Assembly (NCBI GenBank): GCA_965203515.1
Contig: OZ241907.1
Location: 1,536,001 to 1,600,000, forward strand
Source: Spirochaetia bacterium
GTDB lineage: Bacteria > Spirochaetota > Spirochaetia > SZUA-6 > Bin103
Direction of reading: 5' to 3'
DNA: 64,000 nucleotides
Shown here in pieces: positions 1 through 9,462 of this stretch. Every line of letters begins with the position of its first letter. Position 1 is the stretch's first letter. The notes under the pieces were generated by a model. It was not told the DNA's origin. It made no database searches and worked only from the letters and a program-made list of their open reading frames with translations. Both the position numbers and the translations under genes were made by a program.

Positions 1-149
1 CGCGACGAGGCGAGCGGGCGCCGCGCCCACCAGAGATGGAGCGTGGACGGATGCCCGTGGCGGATCGACTTCTCCCGCGCCGCGTGCCGGGACACCTCGG
101 CGATCGGAAAGTCGACCTCGGCCAGCCGCCGGCACGCGCGGGGAATCAC
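1..149 (-). CDS. DUF1156-family adenine DNA methyltransferase, N-terminus only (runs off the left edge; not in ORF track)
   Basis: Manual translation from GTG at 149: [49 protein letters not shown]. The [22 protein letters not shown] motif is the DUF1156 signature. Confidence 0.85.
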   Translation of the reverse strand, partial: MIPRACRRLAEVDFPIAEVSRHAAREKSIRHGHPSTLHLWWARRPLASS

Positions 150-446
150 GATACGACGATCGCCGCTGCGATTACCGTTGATCGCCTATATCGAGAACGT
201 AAAGCGTCCTGAAAATCCATCGTAAGCACTCCTTGGCATATGACGTCGCGGCCAATGAGTACCTGGAAAGGTCTTCATGCTGCATGGGGCGGATTAGCCG
301 GACGGGGACGGGGCATCCTCGCCATGCGCGGCCCGCATCAGTTCACGGCCGGCGCGCGGGTAAGGTCGGGTGCGAGCACGGACGTCGAGCGGCGCACCCC
401 CGGGGGATGCGCCGCTCCATATCGTGAACGAAAACGCCGGGTGCGG

Positions 447-2291
447 TTACTGGACGCTGTCCCAGGTCGCCTTGGCCTCGGCCACCTTGGTGGTCCAGGC
501 ATGCATGAGCTGGTCGCCGCCCGCTTCCCGGTACTCGGCCACGTACTCGTCCCAGTCGGCCATCACGTCCTTGTTGCCCAGGACGAACGCGACCCACCAC
601 TTGTTCCTGATGTCGGTCAGCGCCGCCGCGATCTGCGTCTCTTCCTCGCTCAGGACGACCAAGTCCAGGTACTGCGGCCATCCTTCCCAACCTTCGGCCA
701 GAAAGGTGTTCCACACCTCGTTGGCGGCCTGGAACTGGCACCAGCTCGGCGGGTTGGGTCCCGCGCACTCGGCGCAGCCGCCGCCCCGCCAGACGTCAGA
801 GTACGGCGCTTCGCAGGCCGAGCCCTCCGGGACCGCCAACGCCGCGCTCTCGCGCTCGGTGCGCACGTCGCGGACGTGCTGGATCGCCTCGAACCAGTTG
901 CCGAACTCGGCGTAGGGGACGATGCCGTTGTCGTAGTTGGAGGTGGCCACGCCCGGATACCACATCAGATCGCCCGGCGCCTGCGCCTCCATCTCTTCCA
1001 GCGTGCGCCCCTGCATCCACTGGCCGCGGATGTCCCGGAAGAACTCGTCCATGTCGAAGTCGCTGTAGTCGTCCCTGGTGTAGTGGATGCCCTTGATGCC
1101 GAACCAGCGCGCCGCCTGCCCTTCCTCGCTGACCCACCATTCGACCAGATCGAGCGCCCGGTCCGGGTTCTCGCTGAAGGACGGAACGGTGATCGCGCGA
1201 TAGACGCCCAACGGCACCTCGGTGTCGTGCGCGCGTCCGCCGGGGCCGCGAATCGGATGCAGCATCTGCGGAAAGTCGGCCAGGGTCGCTTCCGGGTTGG
1301 CGGCCTGGAACTTCTTGAACTGCTGCACGTAGGAGTCGGGGCGCGGCCCCTTGTACATGCCGGACAGGTGCTTGCCGGCAGCGATCTGGTCGATGTAGTC
1401 GAACAGCTCGCCGGTCAGCCAGCCCGGATAGATGAGCTGCTCGGCCGCGTGCTGCTGCACGGTCTGCCAGATCACCTGATTGCGGGGGTCGATCGCTGCG
1501 TCGTACCAGTCGCCGTCCGCGTCCTGCGCGAAGCTGGTGTCGCGCGGACCGCCGAATCCGACCTCCAGGCCGTGCGTCTGGAAGTAGAGGTAGTTGAGCC
1601 CCTTCCAGTGGATGCCCTTGTAGGTCGGCCAGCCAAAGCCGGTGGCGCCCAGCCGGTCGCGCGCCTGCCGCATGGCGTGGACCTGCTCTTCGTAGGTCTC
1701 CGGGACGTCCAGCCCCAGCTCGTCGAGCATGAAGCCGTTGTAGACGATGGCGCTGTCGGTGATCGGCTTGAAGCGGTTGCCGGTCATCACCGCGTAGTAG
1801 TTGTCGGCGCCCCCGTTCTGCACCAGGTTGTACAGCCGGTAGACCGGGTCCTGGAAGATCGCGTGCAGGATCGGATAACGGTCCGGCTGCGCGTTGACGA
1901 TCTCTCCCACGTTGGTCAGCAGGCCGTCTTCGATCCAGCCCTGCCAGCGCGTCAGCCCCAGCCACGGGTGACCGGGCCACATCATCACCAGGTCGGGAGC
2001 CGTGCCGGCGGCCATGATCGACACGATGTACTCGCCGTCGCCGCCCCCGCCGTACTCCATGCTGAAGTCGACGTTGAACGTCTCCTCGACGTAGGCCCAG
2101 ATGCGGTCCTGCGCGACCAGGTCCATGTCCCAGCCGGTCGGATCGAATCCGCGATAGAGCATTCCGATCGGCACCCGCTCCATCATCCCCGCTCCGGCCG
2201 CCTCGTCCTGTCCGGCGGCGAAGAGGTGAGCGCCCGCCAAAAGGAACGACGCGCCGATCGCTGCGCAGAGCAGCTTGCGTGCATTCGCCAT
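447..2291 (-). CDS. Carbohydrate ABC transporter extracellular solute-binding protein (LplA-like)
   Basis: Start MANARKLL preceded by GGAGGA; signal peptide ending FAAGQDE; MAAGTAPDL, GLDVPETYEE, NPDRALDLVEW, FGIKGIHY and WDEYVAEYREAGG motifs typical of family 1 SBPs. Confidence 0.85.
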   Translation of the reverse strand: MANARKLLCAAIGASFLLAGAHLFAAGQDEAAGAGMMERVPIGMLYRGFDPTGWDMDLVAQDRIWAYVEETFNVDFSMEYGGGGDGEYIVSIMAAGTAPDLVMMWPGHPWLGLTRWQGWIEDGLLTNVGEIVNAQPDRYPILHAIFQDPVYRLYNLVQNGGADNYYAVMTGNRFKPITDSAIVYNGFMLDELGLDVPETYEEQVHAMRQARDRLGATGFGWPTYKGIHWKGLNYLYFQTHGLEVGFGGPRDTSFAQDADGDWYDAAIDPRNQVIWQTVQQHAAEQLIYPGWLTGELFDYIDQIAAGKHLSGMYKGPRPDSYVQQFKKFQAANPEATLADFPQMLHPIRGPGGRAHDTEVPLGVYRAITVPSFSENPDRALDLVEWWVSEEGQAARWFGIKGIHYTRDDYSDFDMDEFFRDIRGQWMQGRTLEEMEAQAPGDLMWYPGVATSNYDNGIVPYAEFGNWFEAIQHVRDVRTERESAALAVPEGSACEAPYSDVWRGGGCAECAGPNPPSWCQFQAANEVWNTFLAEGWEGWPQYLDLVVLSEEETQIAAALTDIRNKWWVAFVLGNKDVMADWDEYVAEYREAGGDQLMHAWTTKVAEAKATWDSVQ

Positions 2292-2364
2292 GTGAGCTAT
2301 CCTCCAGAGGTCCCGATCGTACCCCACGCGCGCCGCCGCGGTCCAGCGGCCGGAGAGAATCCCC

Positions 2365-4683
2365 ATGGCGATGCCGCGATTGACCGCCGCCATCGGTCCC
2401 GACCACACCGATCGGCAGATACTGCGCTTCCACCGCGTCCGCGTCGAGCGTCAGGAGGTGCTGTACGGCGACGCCGACCCGCAGCTCTGCCGGCACGGAG
2501 CGGGGCTGGTGCTGTGCGGCCGCGGCGGATCGCTGGCGACCAGCGATGACGGGGGCGAGAGCTGGTCGCAGCTTCCCGACCTGGCGGCGCCGGAGGCGGC
2601 GGGCGGCGCGGTGCTGGCGCTGGCCGCGCGCGCGGACGGGACCCTGGCGGCGGCGATCGAGCGGCGCGGCGCCCTGCTGATCCTGTGCGCCGACGACGCG
2701 GCCGGGCCGTGGCGGCCGGCCGCCGCGATCGACGCCGGGTTGGCCCGGCATGGGTTGACCGGCGCCGAGGGGCCGGCCGGGCCGCCGACCGCTCGCCTGG
2801 CGCCGCTGGCCGGCGGCCCGCTGCTGCTCTGTCTGCCGGGCCGCATCCTCCGTTCGACGGACGCCGCCGCGTGGGAGACGGTGGCCGAGCCGCCGGCCGA
2901 CTGGGAGCCGCTGCATCCGCTGCAGCTCCGCTCCGGCCGGCTGATCGCGCCGGTGGCGGACGGAGCCGGCGCGGTGGCGCTGGCCGAGTCGACCGACGGC
3001 GGGGCCGATTGGGACGTGCCGGACCGATTCGCGCCGCTCGCCGCCGAGTTGACGGAGCTTCCCGACGGCCGGCTGGTGCTGAGCTACGGCATGCCGCACT
3101 TCCCCTACGGCGCCCGCGCCGTGATCGGCGCCGCCGGCCTCGGCGCGGGGGACGGCGGAGCGGGGAACGGCGGCGCCGTCGCCTGGGGAGACGAGGTCTA
3201 CGTGCTCGGCCTCAGCCGCTACGCCATCCGCGCAAAGGCGCGCCCGGTGCTGGCCGGGCCGGGACCGGTGGCCGGTCCGGGACCGCTGGCCGGGCCGGGA
3301 CCGGTGCTGGCCGGGCCGGGAACCGGCGCCGCGGCGGCGGTGACCGGCGACGGCGTGATCGTCTCCGCCTACCACCGCGGCGCGGCGCTCGGTTCGTACG
3401 CGCCGACCATCTACGGTCCGGGGATGGACGAATGGGGGCGCAGGCCGGCGATCGGCGTGGTGCGCTGGACTCCGGAGGGCCTGGACCGGCCGCCGCTGGT
3501 CTACCCCAACCTGTGGACGGAGCGGACCGACGCGCGCGGCTACCTGGACAACGGCATGGTGCGCATGCGCCCCGACGACCGCTACGAGGGCGGTGACTAC
3601 GTCGAAAACTTCGAGATGGTGGTCTACCGCCGCGCGGCGGCCGAACAGCGCTATTTTCCGGGAGCCGGCGCCAAGGGCGTGGTCGTCTGCCGCCACCCTG
3701 ACGGCAGCTTGGTCTACACCAGCCGCGACCGCCGCATCCACCGCTCCACCGACGAGGGCCGCACCTGGAGCCTGGTGGCCGAAGTCCCCCTGCCCGGTCG
3801 GCAGCCGTCGGTGTTCGGGTTCGGCGTGACCGACGCCGGCACCTTGCTGCTCTCCTACGCCGTGCTGGTCGACCCGGCGGACCCGGCGCGCGGCACGCAC
3901 AACACGCACGAGCCGCGCGTGGCGCGCAGCGACGACGGCGGACGGACCTGGACCGACGCCGAGCTGGCGCCCCGGCCGACGCGCTACTGCGGCCTGGGCG
4001 ACGGCAGCCGCATCGTGCAGCTCGCCGGCGGCGCCGTGATCGCCGGCGGAGCCGTGATCGCCTGCTGCAGCAACGCCTGGAACGATCCGGCGCGGCAGGC
4101 CGGCTACGAAGGCGACGTCCTGCTCCGCTCGCACGACGACGGCCGGACCTGGGGCGACTGGACGGTGCTGCCGCCCGGCTGCTGCGAGTCGAACCTGCTG
4201 GAGCTGCCGTCCGGCGAGCTGCTCTGCGCGACGCGCTACCAGCGCGAATACCTGACCGTCGACCTCTTCGACGCGCCGGCCGGGCAGGGCGGCGGCCGCC
4301 CGACGTGGCCCGCGCCTTCCCGCAACCGGGCCGGGCCGGGCCGCTTCAAGAACGAGGCGATCATGTTCTCCACCGACGGCGGCTACGACTGGACCACCCC
4401 GTTTCTGGTCACCCGCCTGCACATGTGCTCCGCGGACATCGTGCGCCTGCCGGACGGCCGCGTCGTGCTCACCTACGACCACAAGGACGCGGTCGGCGGC
4501 CCGCGCGCCCTGGTCAGCCCCGACGGCGGGCGCACCTGGGGCGCCGAGCACTACATCCTCTCCTACCACCCCATGGACGCCCGCACCAGCTCGGTGACGC
4601 TCCGCGACGGCCGCGTGCTCACCCTGTGGGCGGGAGCCCGCGACCAGGGCATCCACGCCACCACCTGGTCGCCCGAGGACTGA
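2365..4683 (+). CDS. BNR/Asp-box repeat (sialidase-like beta-propeller) protein, probably two propellers
   Basis: At least 7 Asp-box motifs (SDDGGESW, STDGGADW, STDEGRTW, SDDGGRTW, SHDDGRTW, STDGGYDW, SPDGGRTW) and LPDGR turns. Confidence 0.8.
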   Translation: MAMPRLTAAIGPDHTDRQILRFHRVRVERQEVLYGDADPQLCRHGAGLVLCGRGGSLATSDDGGESWSQLPDLAAPEAAGGAVLALAARADGTLAAAIERRGALLILCADDAAGPWRPAAAIDAGLARHGLTGAEGPAGPPTARLAPLAGGPLLLCLPGRILRSTDAAAWETVAEPPADWEPLHPLQLRSGRLIAPVADGAGAVALAESTDGGADWDVPDRFAPLAAELTELPDGRLVLSYGMPHFPYGARAVIGAAGLGAGDGGAGNGGAVAWGDEVYVLGLSRYAIRAKARPVLAGPGPVAGPGPLAGPGPVLAGPGTGAAAAVTGDGVIVSAYHRGAALGSYAPTIYGPGMDEWGRRPAIGVVRWTPEGLDRPPLVYPNLWTERTDARGYLDNGMVRMRPDDRYEGGDYVENFEMVVYRRAAAEQRYFPGAGAKGVVVCRHPDGSLVYTSRDRRIHRSTDEGRTWSLVAEVPLPGRQPSVFGFGVTDAGTLLLSYAVLVDPADPARGTHNTHEPRVARSDDGGRTWTDAELAPRPTRYCGLGDGSRIVQLAGGAVIAGGAVIACCSNAWNDPARQAGYEGDVLLRSHDDGRTWGDWTVLPPGCCESNLLELPSGELLCATRYQREYLTVDLFDAPAGQGGGRPTWPAPSRNRAGPGRFKNEAIMFSTDGGYDWTTPFLVTRLHMCSADIVRLPDGRVVLTYDHKDAVGGPRALVSPDGGRTWGAEHYILSYHPMDARTSSVTLRDGRVLTLWAGARDQGIHATTWSPED
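3247..3325 (+). repeat. In-frame 18-21 bp tandem repeat (GPGPVA/GPGPLA/GPGPVLA) inside the BNR protein
   Basis: Repeated ggccgggccgggaccg-like units. Confidence 0.8.
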
Positions 4684-4699
4684 GGCGCGAAGCCTGCGG

Positions 4700-6313
4700 A
4701 TGCCCGCCTCGACGCTCCCCGACCCCAGACCGCCGCGGGACTGGGAGCTGATCTACGTCAGCGATCCGTCCAACGTCACCAACTATGACTTCGATCCCGG
4801 CGACGCCCGGCCCCTGATCACCCGGCATCCCGCCGCGCCGGCGGAGCTCGCCGCCTTCATCGACCACGCCGCCGCCAGCGACGCCGACGCGTTCGTGCAG
4901 GAGGTCTACAACGCCGGCTGGATCATGTACTTCCGCTCCGATCGCTTCGAGTACGACGCGCGCCCGCAGCACCGGCGGTTCCTGCCGATGATGGACGACG
5001 GCGTCATGCCGCTGCAGGTGATGCTGGAGCGATCCCGCACGCGCGGCATGCGCTTCCTGGCCGGCTTCCGGGTCAACGACAACCACGGCGCCCCCGATCA
5101 GGGCGGCATGTTCCTGCACCGGAACCCGCAGTGGAAGCTCACCGACGCGCCGCCCGGCGGCGCCTTCCTGCCCGGCAACCGGATGGACTATTCGGTCGCC
5201 GAGGTGCGCGACTACCTGTTCGAGGTCGTCGCCGAGGTGGTGTCGCGGTTCGACGTCGACGGCGTGCTCCTCACCTTCCGCGACGGGCTCTACTTCCCCG
5301 CCCCGAACGGCGATCGGCGCCTTGCCCGCGAGCGGCAGCCGTTGATGACCGGTCTGCTCGAGCGGCTGCGCGCCCTGCTCGACGAGCGGGGCCGGGCGCG
5401 CGGGCGGCGGCTGGAACTGGGCGCGCTGGTGCCGCAGACCCTGGAGGACTGCCATGCCGTGGGGCTCGACGCGCCGGCCTGGATCGGCGGCGGGCTGGTC
5501 GACTTCGTGTCGCCCATGGACTCGGCGTTCACGGACTTCAACGCCGCCTACGACGAGTTCGCCGCGCTCACCGCCGGCACGCCGTGCCGGCTCTACCCCG
5601 GCGTCCAGCCCTACTGCTCGTCGTATGAGAGCTTCGGCCCGCCGGCGACGCCGGAGAACTACCGGGCCCTGGCCCACGCCCTGCGCCGCCAGGGCGCCGA
5701 CGGCATGTCGGTCTACAACTTCCAGAAGCACTGGGGCGGGTTCCGTTCCGGCCGGCGCGGCGCGGAGACCGGCTATCCGGCGGCGTTCCGCTATCTGCGC
5801 GAGGCGCGCGACCTGCAGCGGGTCGCCGACGGCGTCCGCCACTACACCTACCGCTCCCTGTGGGGCGGGTACCGCGGCATCAGCCCGTCCGGCGCCAACG
5901 TGTGCGGGACGATGCGGGACCGGAAGCTGGTGCTGCCGCGCGCGCCGGGCAATCCGTCGGCGAGCTACCGGTTCCGGTTGTTCGAGGAGGTCGAACGGAC
6001 CGCCGCGGCCACGCTGTTCGCCCGCGCCGTCGGCCTGGGGCCGGCCGACCGGATCGCCGTCCGCCTCAACGGCGCCGCCGTTCCCGACGCGCGGCTCCGC
6101 CGCATCCACCACCGCGAAGGCCGGCCCGAGAACGGCGGCCGCGCGCTGCCGCCGCACACCACCTGCGTCATCGATCTGACCCCGGACCTGGTCGTTGCCG
6201 GCGACAACGAGCTTGCGGTCACGCTGCTGTTCTCCGGCATGGCCGCGCTGAGCGCGGCCGACGGCCAGGCTATCGTCATCGACGAGGTCGACGTGACGAT
6301 CGTCCCGGCCTGA
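4700..6313 (+). CDS. Glycoside hydrolase-like (GHL10/DUF187-type) TIM-barrel protein with C-terminal beta domain
   Basis: GFRVNDNH, HPEW-like NPQW, DYSVAEVRDY, RFDVDGV and GADGMSVYNF motifs. Confidence 0.65.
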   Translation: MPASTLPDPRPPRDWELIYVSDPSNVTNYDFDPGDARPLITRHPAAPAELAAFIDHAAASDADAFVQEVYNAGWIMYFRSDRFEYDARPQHRRFLPMMDDGVMPLQVMLERSRTRGMRFLAGFRVNDNHGAPDQGGMFLHRNPQWKLTDAPPGGAFLPGNRMDYSVAEVRDYLFEVVAEVVSRFDVDGVLLTFRDGLYFPAPNGDRRLARERQPLMTGLLERLRALLDERGRARGRRLELGALVPQTLEDCHAVGLDAPAWIGGGLVDFVSPMDSAFTDFNAAYDEFAALTAGTPCRLYPGVQPYCSSYESFGPPATPENYRALAHALRRQGADGMSVYNFQKHWGGFRSGRRGAETGYPAAFRYLREARDLQRVADGVRHYTYRSLWGGYRGISPSGANVCGTMRDRKLVLPRAPGNPSASYRFRLFEEVERTAAATLFARAVGLGPADRIAVRLNGAAVPDARLRRIHHREGRPENGGRALPPHTTCVIDLTPDLVVAGDNELAVTLLFSGMAALSAADGQAIVIDEVDVTIVPA

Positions 6314-6358
6314 GCCGCCACACGCTATTTCCGCGGGCCCACCCGGTCCGCGGCCGCC

Positions 6359-7273
6359 CTATTCCTTGACGGCGCCGATCAGGATGCCCTTGGCGAAGTG
6401 GCGCTGCAGGAACGGATAGAGCGCCATGATCGGCAGGAAGGTGAGCACGATCGTCGCCATCACCAGTTGCCGCGGCGGGATCAATCCCTCCTGCTGAACG
6501 AGCCGCTGCGCGGCCTGCGACAACCGGTACATGGTCGGCCGCTCCAACACGTGGCGCAGCAGCATCACGAACGGCTGGATCGTGGTGTCGCGCACGAAGT
6601 AGAGCCAACTGGCGTAGTCATTCCAGTGGTAGACCGCCAGGAACAGCAGGATCGCCGCCAGCATCGGCTTCGATATCGGCATGATCACGCGGAAGAACGT
6701 CTGCGCCTCGCTGGCGCCGTCGATCAGACAGGCGTCCTCCAGCTCCTTGGGCACGGTATAGGAGAAGAAGTTGCGCATGATGATGAAATAGCTGGTGTTC
6801 ACGAATCCCGAGGCCAGGATCATGGCGACCGGCGATCCGAGCAGGCCGAGGTTGACGACCAGCAGATAGAGCGGGATCAGGCCGCCGGAGAAGAAGATGG
6901 TGAGGACGATCAGGATGTTGATCAGCCGCGTGCCGGGCACCTGCCGCTTGGTCACCGCGTAGGCGAGCATGCCGGTCACCACCACGCCGGCGCCGGCGCC
7001 GACGGTGGTCTTGACGACCGAGACGCCCATGGCGCGCAGGAAGATCTGCGGCGCGCCGATCAGCATCCGTTCGTAGTAGGTGAGGTCCGGGGTGAGCGAC
7101 GGCAGCAGCACGAAGTCGGTGCGAATGTACTCGCCGTACGGCATGAGCGAGACGACCAGCACGTACCACATCGGGTAGACCGCCACCACCGCGAACAGCC
7201 CGACGAAGGTCACGGCGAACACGTCGAACAGGTTGAAGCCCAGGCGGGCGCGCAGCGTCCGTGCGCCGGTCAT
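6359..7273 (-). CDS. Carbohydrate ABC transporter permease (LplC/UgpE-like)
   Basis: FSGGLIPLY, EAA loop ELEDACLIDGAS, YPFLQRHFAKGILIGAVKE. Confidence 0.92.
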   Translation of the reverse strand: MTGARTLRARLGFNLFDVFAVTFVGLFAVVAVYPMWYVLVVSLMPYGEYIRTDFVLLPSLTPDLTYYERMLIGAPQIFLRAMGVSVVKTTVGAGAGVVVTGMLAYAVTKRQVPGTRLINILIVLTIFFSGGLIPLYLLVVNLGLLGSPVAMILASGFVNTSYFIIMRNFFSYTVPKELEDACLIDGASEAQTFFRVIMPISKPMLAAILLFLAVYHWNDYASWLYFVRDTTIQPFVMLLRHVLERPTMYRLSQAAQRLVQQEGLIPPRQLVMATIVLTFLPIMALYPFLQRHFAKGILIGAVKE

Positions 7274-8226
7274 TCGAAGATGCCCATCACGTTCAGGCGT
7301 CGGATCCAGCGGTTGGCGGTCAACACCAGCACCAGGCCGAGCAGGTTGAAGACCAGCCCCAGAGCGGTGGCCTGCTCGAACTCGCTGCTCAACAACCCGG
7401 TCCGGTACAGGTAGGTGGAGAGCACGTCCCCGGTGTCGTACACGGCCGGGTTATAGAGATTGTACATCAGGTCGAAGTTGGAGCCGAACAGGCCGGCGAG
7501 CTGCAGCATGAACAGCACCGCGATCGTGGGAGCGATGCGCGGCAGGTAGATGTGGCGCATCAGGTGGCCGCGGTGGGCGCCGTCGCAGTGGGCGCTCTCC
7601 ACCAGGTCCGGGTTTACCGAGGAGAGCGCCGCCAGATAGATGATGGTGGCGAAGCCGGCCTCCTTGATCGTGTTGACGATCACGACGATGCCGCGGAAGT
7701 ACTGCGGCGCGGTCAACCAGTGGCGCGGCTGCCCCCCGAACAGGCTGACGAGCCGGTTGAACGGGCTGTCCGGCTCCGGATAGAGGACGATCGACACCAG
7801 CGCGCCGACCACCACCCAGGAGACGAAGTGCGGCAGGTACACCATCGTCTGGACGGTGCGCCGGTACCAGCTCACCCTCACCTCGTTGAGCATCAACGCC
7901 AGAAAGACCGTGAAGGTGAAGCCGAACGCCAAGTTGTAGAGATTGATGATGAGCGTGTTGCGCAGCGCGCGGTAGAACGGCGGCGACTGGAACAGCACCT
8001 CGAAATTGGCCAGCCCCACCCACGGGCTGCGCGCGATGCCCTTGACGATGTTGAAGTCCTTGAAGGCGACCAGCAACCCGTACATCGGCCCGTACTGGAA
8101 CACCGCGATCCAGGCCAGGCCGGGCAGCATCAGCAGATAGACGAACCAGTAGCGCCGCAGCGCCGTCAGGACCAACTCCGGCAGGGAGTGGGCGGTGCGC
8201 GGCGCGCGGACCTGGATCTCTGCCAC
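7270..8226 (-). CDS. Carbohydrate ABC transporter permease (LplB-like)
   Basis: YGPMYGLLVAFKD, SPWVGLANF, YLPHFVSWVVV, LVESAHCDGA. Start placed at GTG 8226 within the ORF-track ORF 7270..9084. Confidence 0.9.
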   Translation of the reverse strand: MAEIQVRAPRTAHSLPELVLTALRRYWFVYLLMLPGLAWIAVFQYGPMYGLLVAFKDFNIVKGIARSPWVGLANFEVLFQSPPFYRALRNTLIINLYNLAFGFTFTVFLALMLNEVRVSWYRRTVQTMVYLPHFVSWVVVGALVSIVLYPEPDSPFNRLVSLFGGQPRHWLTAPQYFRGIVVIVNTIKEAGFATIIYLAALSSVNPDLVESAHCDGAHRGHLMRHIYLPRIAPTIAVLFMLQLAGLFGSNFDLMYNLYNPAVYDTGDVLSTYLYRTGLLSSEFEQATALGLVFNLLGLVLVLTANRWIRRLNVMGIFE

Positions 8227-8328
8227 GACGTGCCTGCAGACCCTACGTTGGCGCCCCTGCCGGGTCAACCCTGACCGGCCGGTCGGCGCGGCCCGCCGCT
8301 CGACCGGGTGCGCTATGATCGGCCCGTC

Positions 8329-9414
8329 ATGGTCACCACCACGCCCCCCGTGCGCACCGCCATCGCCGGCCTGGGCCGCAGCGGCTGGTCGATCCACGCC
8401 CGCTTGCTGGCCGAGCAGCCGGAGCGGTTCACCGTGGTCGCCGTCCAGGATCACCTGCCGGAACGGCGCGCCGAGGCCGAGCGGCGCTTCGGCTGCCGCT
8501 CCTACGCCGATTTCGACGACCTGATCGCCGACGGCGCGGTCGAGCTGGTGGTGATCGCGGTGCCGAGCCACCTGCATGCGCCGTACGCGGTGGCTGCCCT
8601 GCAGGCCGGCCGCCACGTGGTCGGCGAGAAGCCGATGGCGACCTCGCTGGCGGAGGCCGAGCGGATGGTCGCGGCCGGCGAGGCGTCCGCCCGGCGGCTC
8701 TCCGTCTTCCAGAACTGGCGGTTCCGGCCCGACCTGCAGAAGGTCCTGGCCGTGATCGGCGCCGGCGCGCTCGGCCGCATCGTACAGGTGCGGCTGGCGA
8801 ACCACGGGTTCGGCCGACGCTGGGACTGGCAGACGCTGCGGCGCTTCGGCGGCGGATCGCTCAACAACACCGGCCCCCACCTGATCGACGCCGCCCTGGC
8901 GCTGTACGGCGAGGGCGAGCCGCGCGTGCTCTACGTGAGCGATCGCGTGCAGACCCTGGGCGATGCGGAGGATCACCTGAAGATCGTGCTCACCCCCGAC
9001 CCCGGCGACCCGGCTGCGGTCAAGTCGCCGACCGTCGACGTCGAGATCACCTCCACCTGCGCCTACCCTCAGCCGATGCTCCACGTGATCGGCTCGGAAG
9101 GCGGGCTGACCGGCGGCAACGGCGAGCTCCGGTGGCGCTTCGTGCGGCCGGGCAGCCGTCCCGAGCGCCGCCTCTCTACCGAGCCGACCGGGGACCGGAG
9201 CTACAACCGGGAGGCGGTCGAGTGGGTGGAGCGCCGCTGGACGCTCGAGGAGGCGAAGGCCGCCGGCGCCCCGGAGACCGAGGGCGAAGCCCGCTACTAC
9301 CGGGAGCTGTTCGACGCGATCCGCGGCGGCGGGCCGCTGCCGGTCACCGCCGAGCAGGCGCTGCGGCAGATGCGCGTCATCGAGGAGTGCCGCCGGCAGT
9401 CGGCGCTCGACTGA
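8329..9414 (+). CDS. Gfo/Idh/MocA family oxidoreductase
   Basis: GLGRSG Rossmann motif, HVVGEKP, FQNWRF, GGGSLNNTGPHLID. Confidence 0.9.
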   Translation: MVTTTPPVRTAIAGLGRSGWSIHARLLAEQPERFTVVAVQDHLPERRAEAERRFGCRSYADFDDLIADGAVELVVIAVPSHLHAPYAVAALQAGRHVVGEKPMATSLAEAERMVAAGEASARRLSVFQNWRFRPDLQKVLAVIGAGALGRIVQVRLANHGFGRRWDWQTLRRFGGGSLNNTGPHLIDAALALYGEGEPRVLYVSDRVQTLGDAEDHLKIVLTPDPGDPAAVKSPTVDVEITSTCAYPQPMLHVIGSEGGLTGGNGELRWRFVRPGSRPERRLSTEPTGDRSYNREAVEWVERRWTLEEAKAAGAPETEGEARYYRELFDAIRGGGPLPVTAEQALRQMRVIEECRRQSALD

Positions 9415-9462
9415 AGCTCTCGACTGAAGCGCCTGACCGGCGGCGGGCCGCGCCAGGTTGGG

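Noticed and set aside
392..412. GC hairpin after the SBP stop as an intrinsic terminator
   Set aside because: No U-tract, and such stems arise by chance at this GC content.
240..4656. Very long alternative ORFs (240..2549 +, 796..4656 -) and similar ones across the window, e.g. 50873..54370 +
   Set aside because: Antisense or off-frame shadows of real genes, expected at this GC content; Arg/Ala/Pro-rich with no family motifs.
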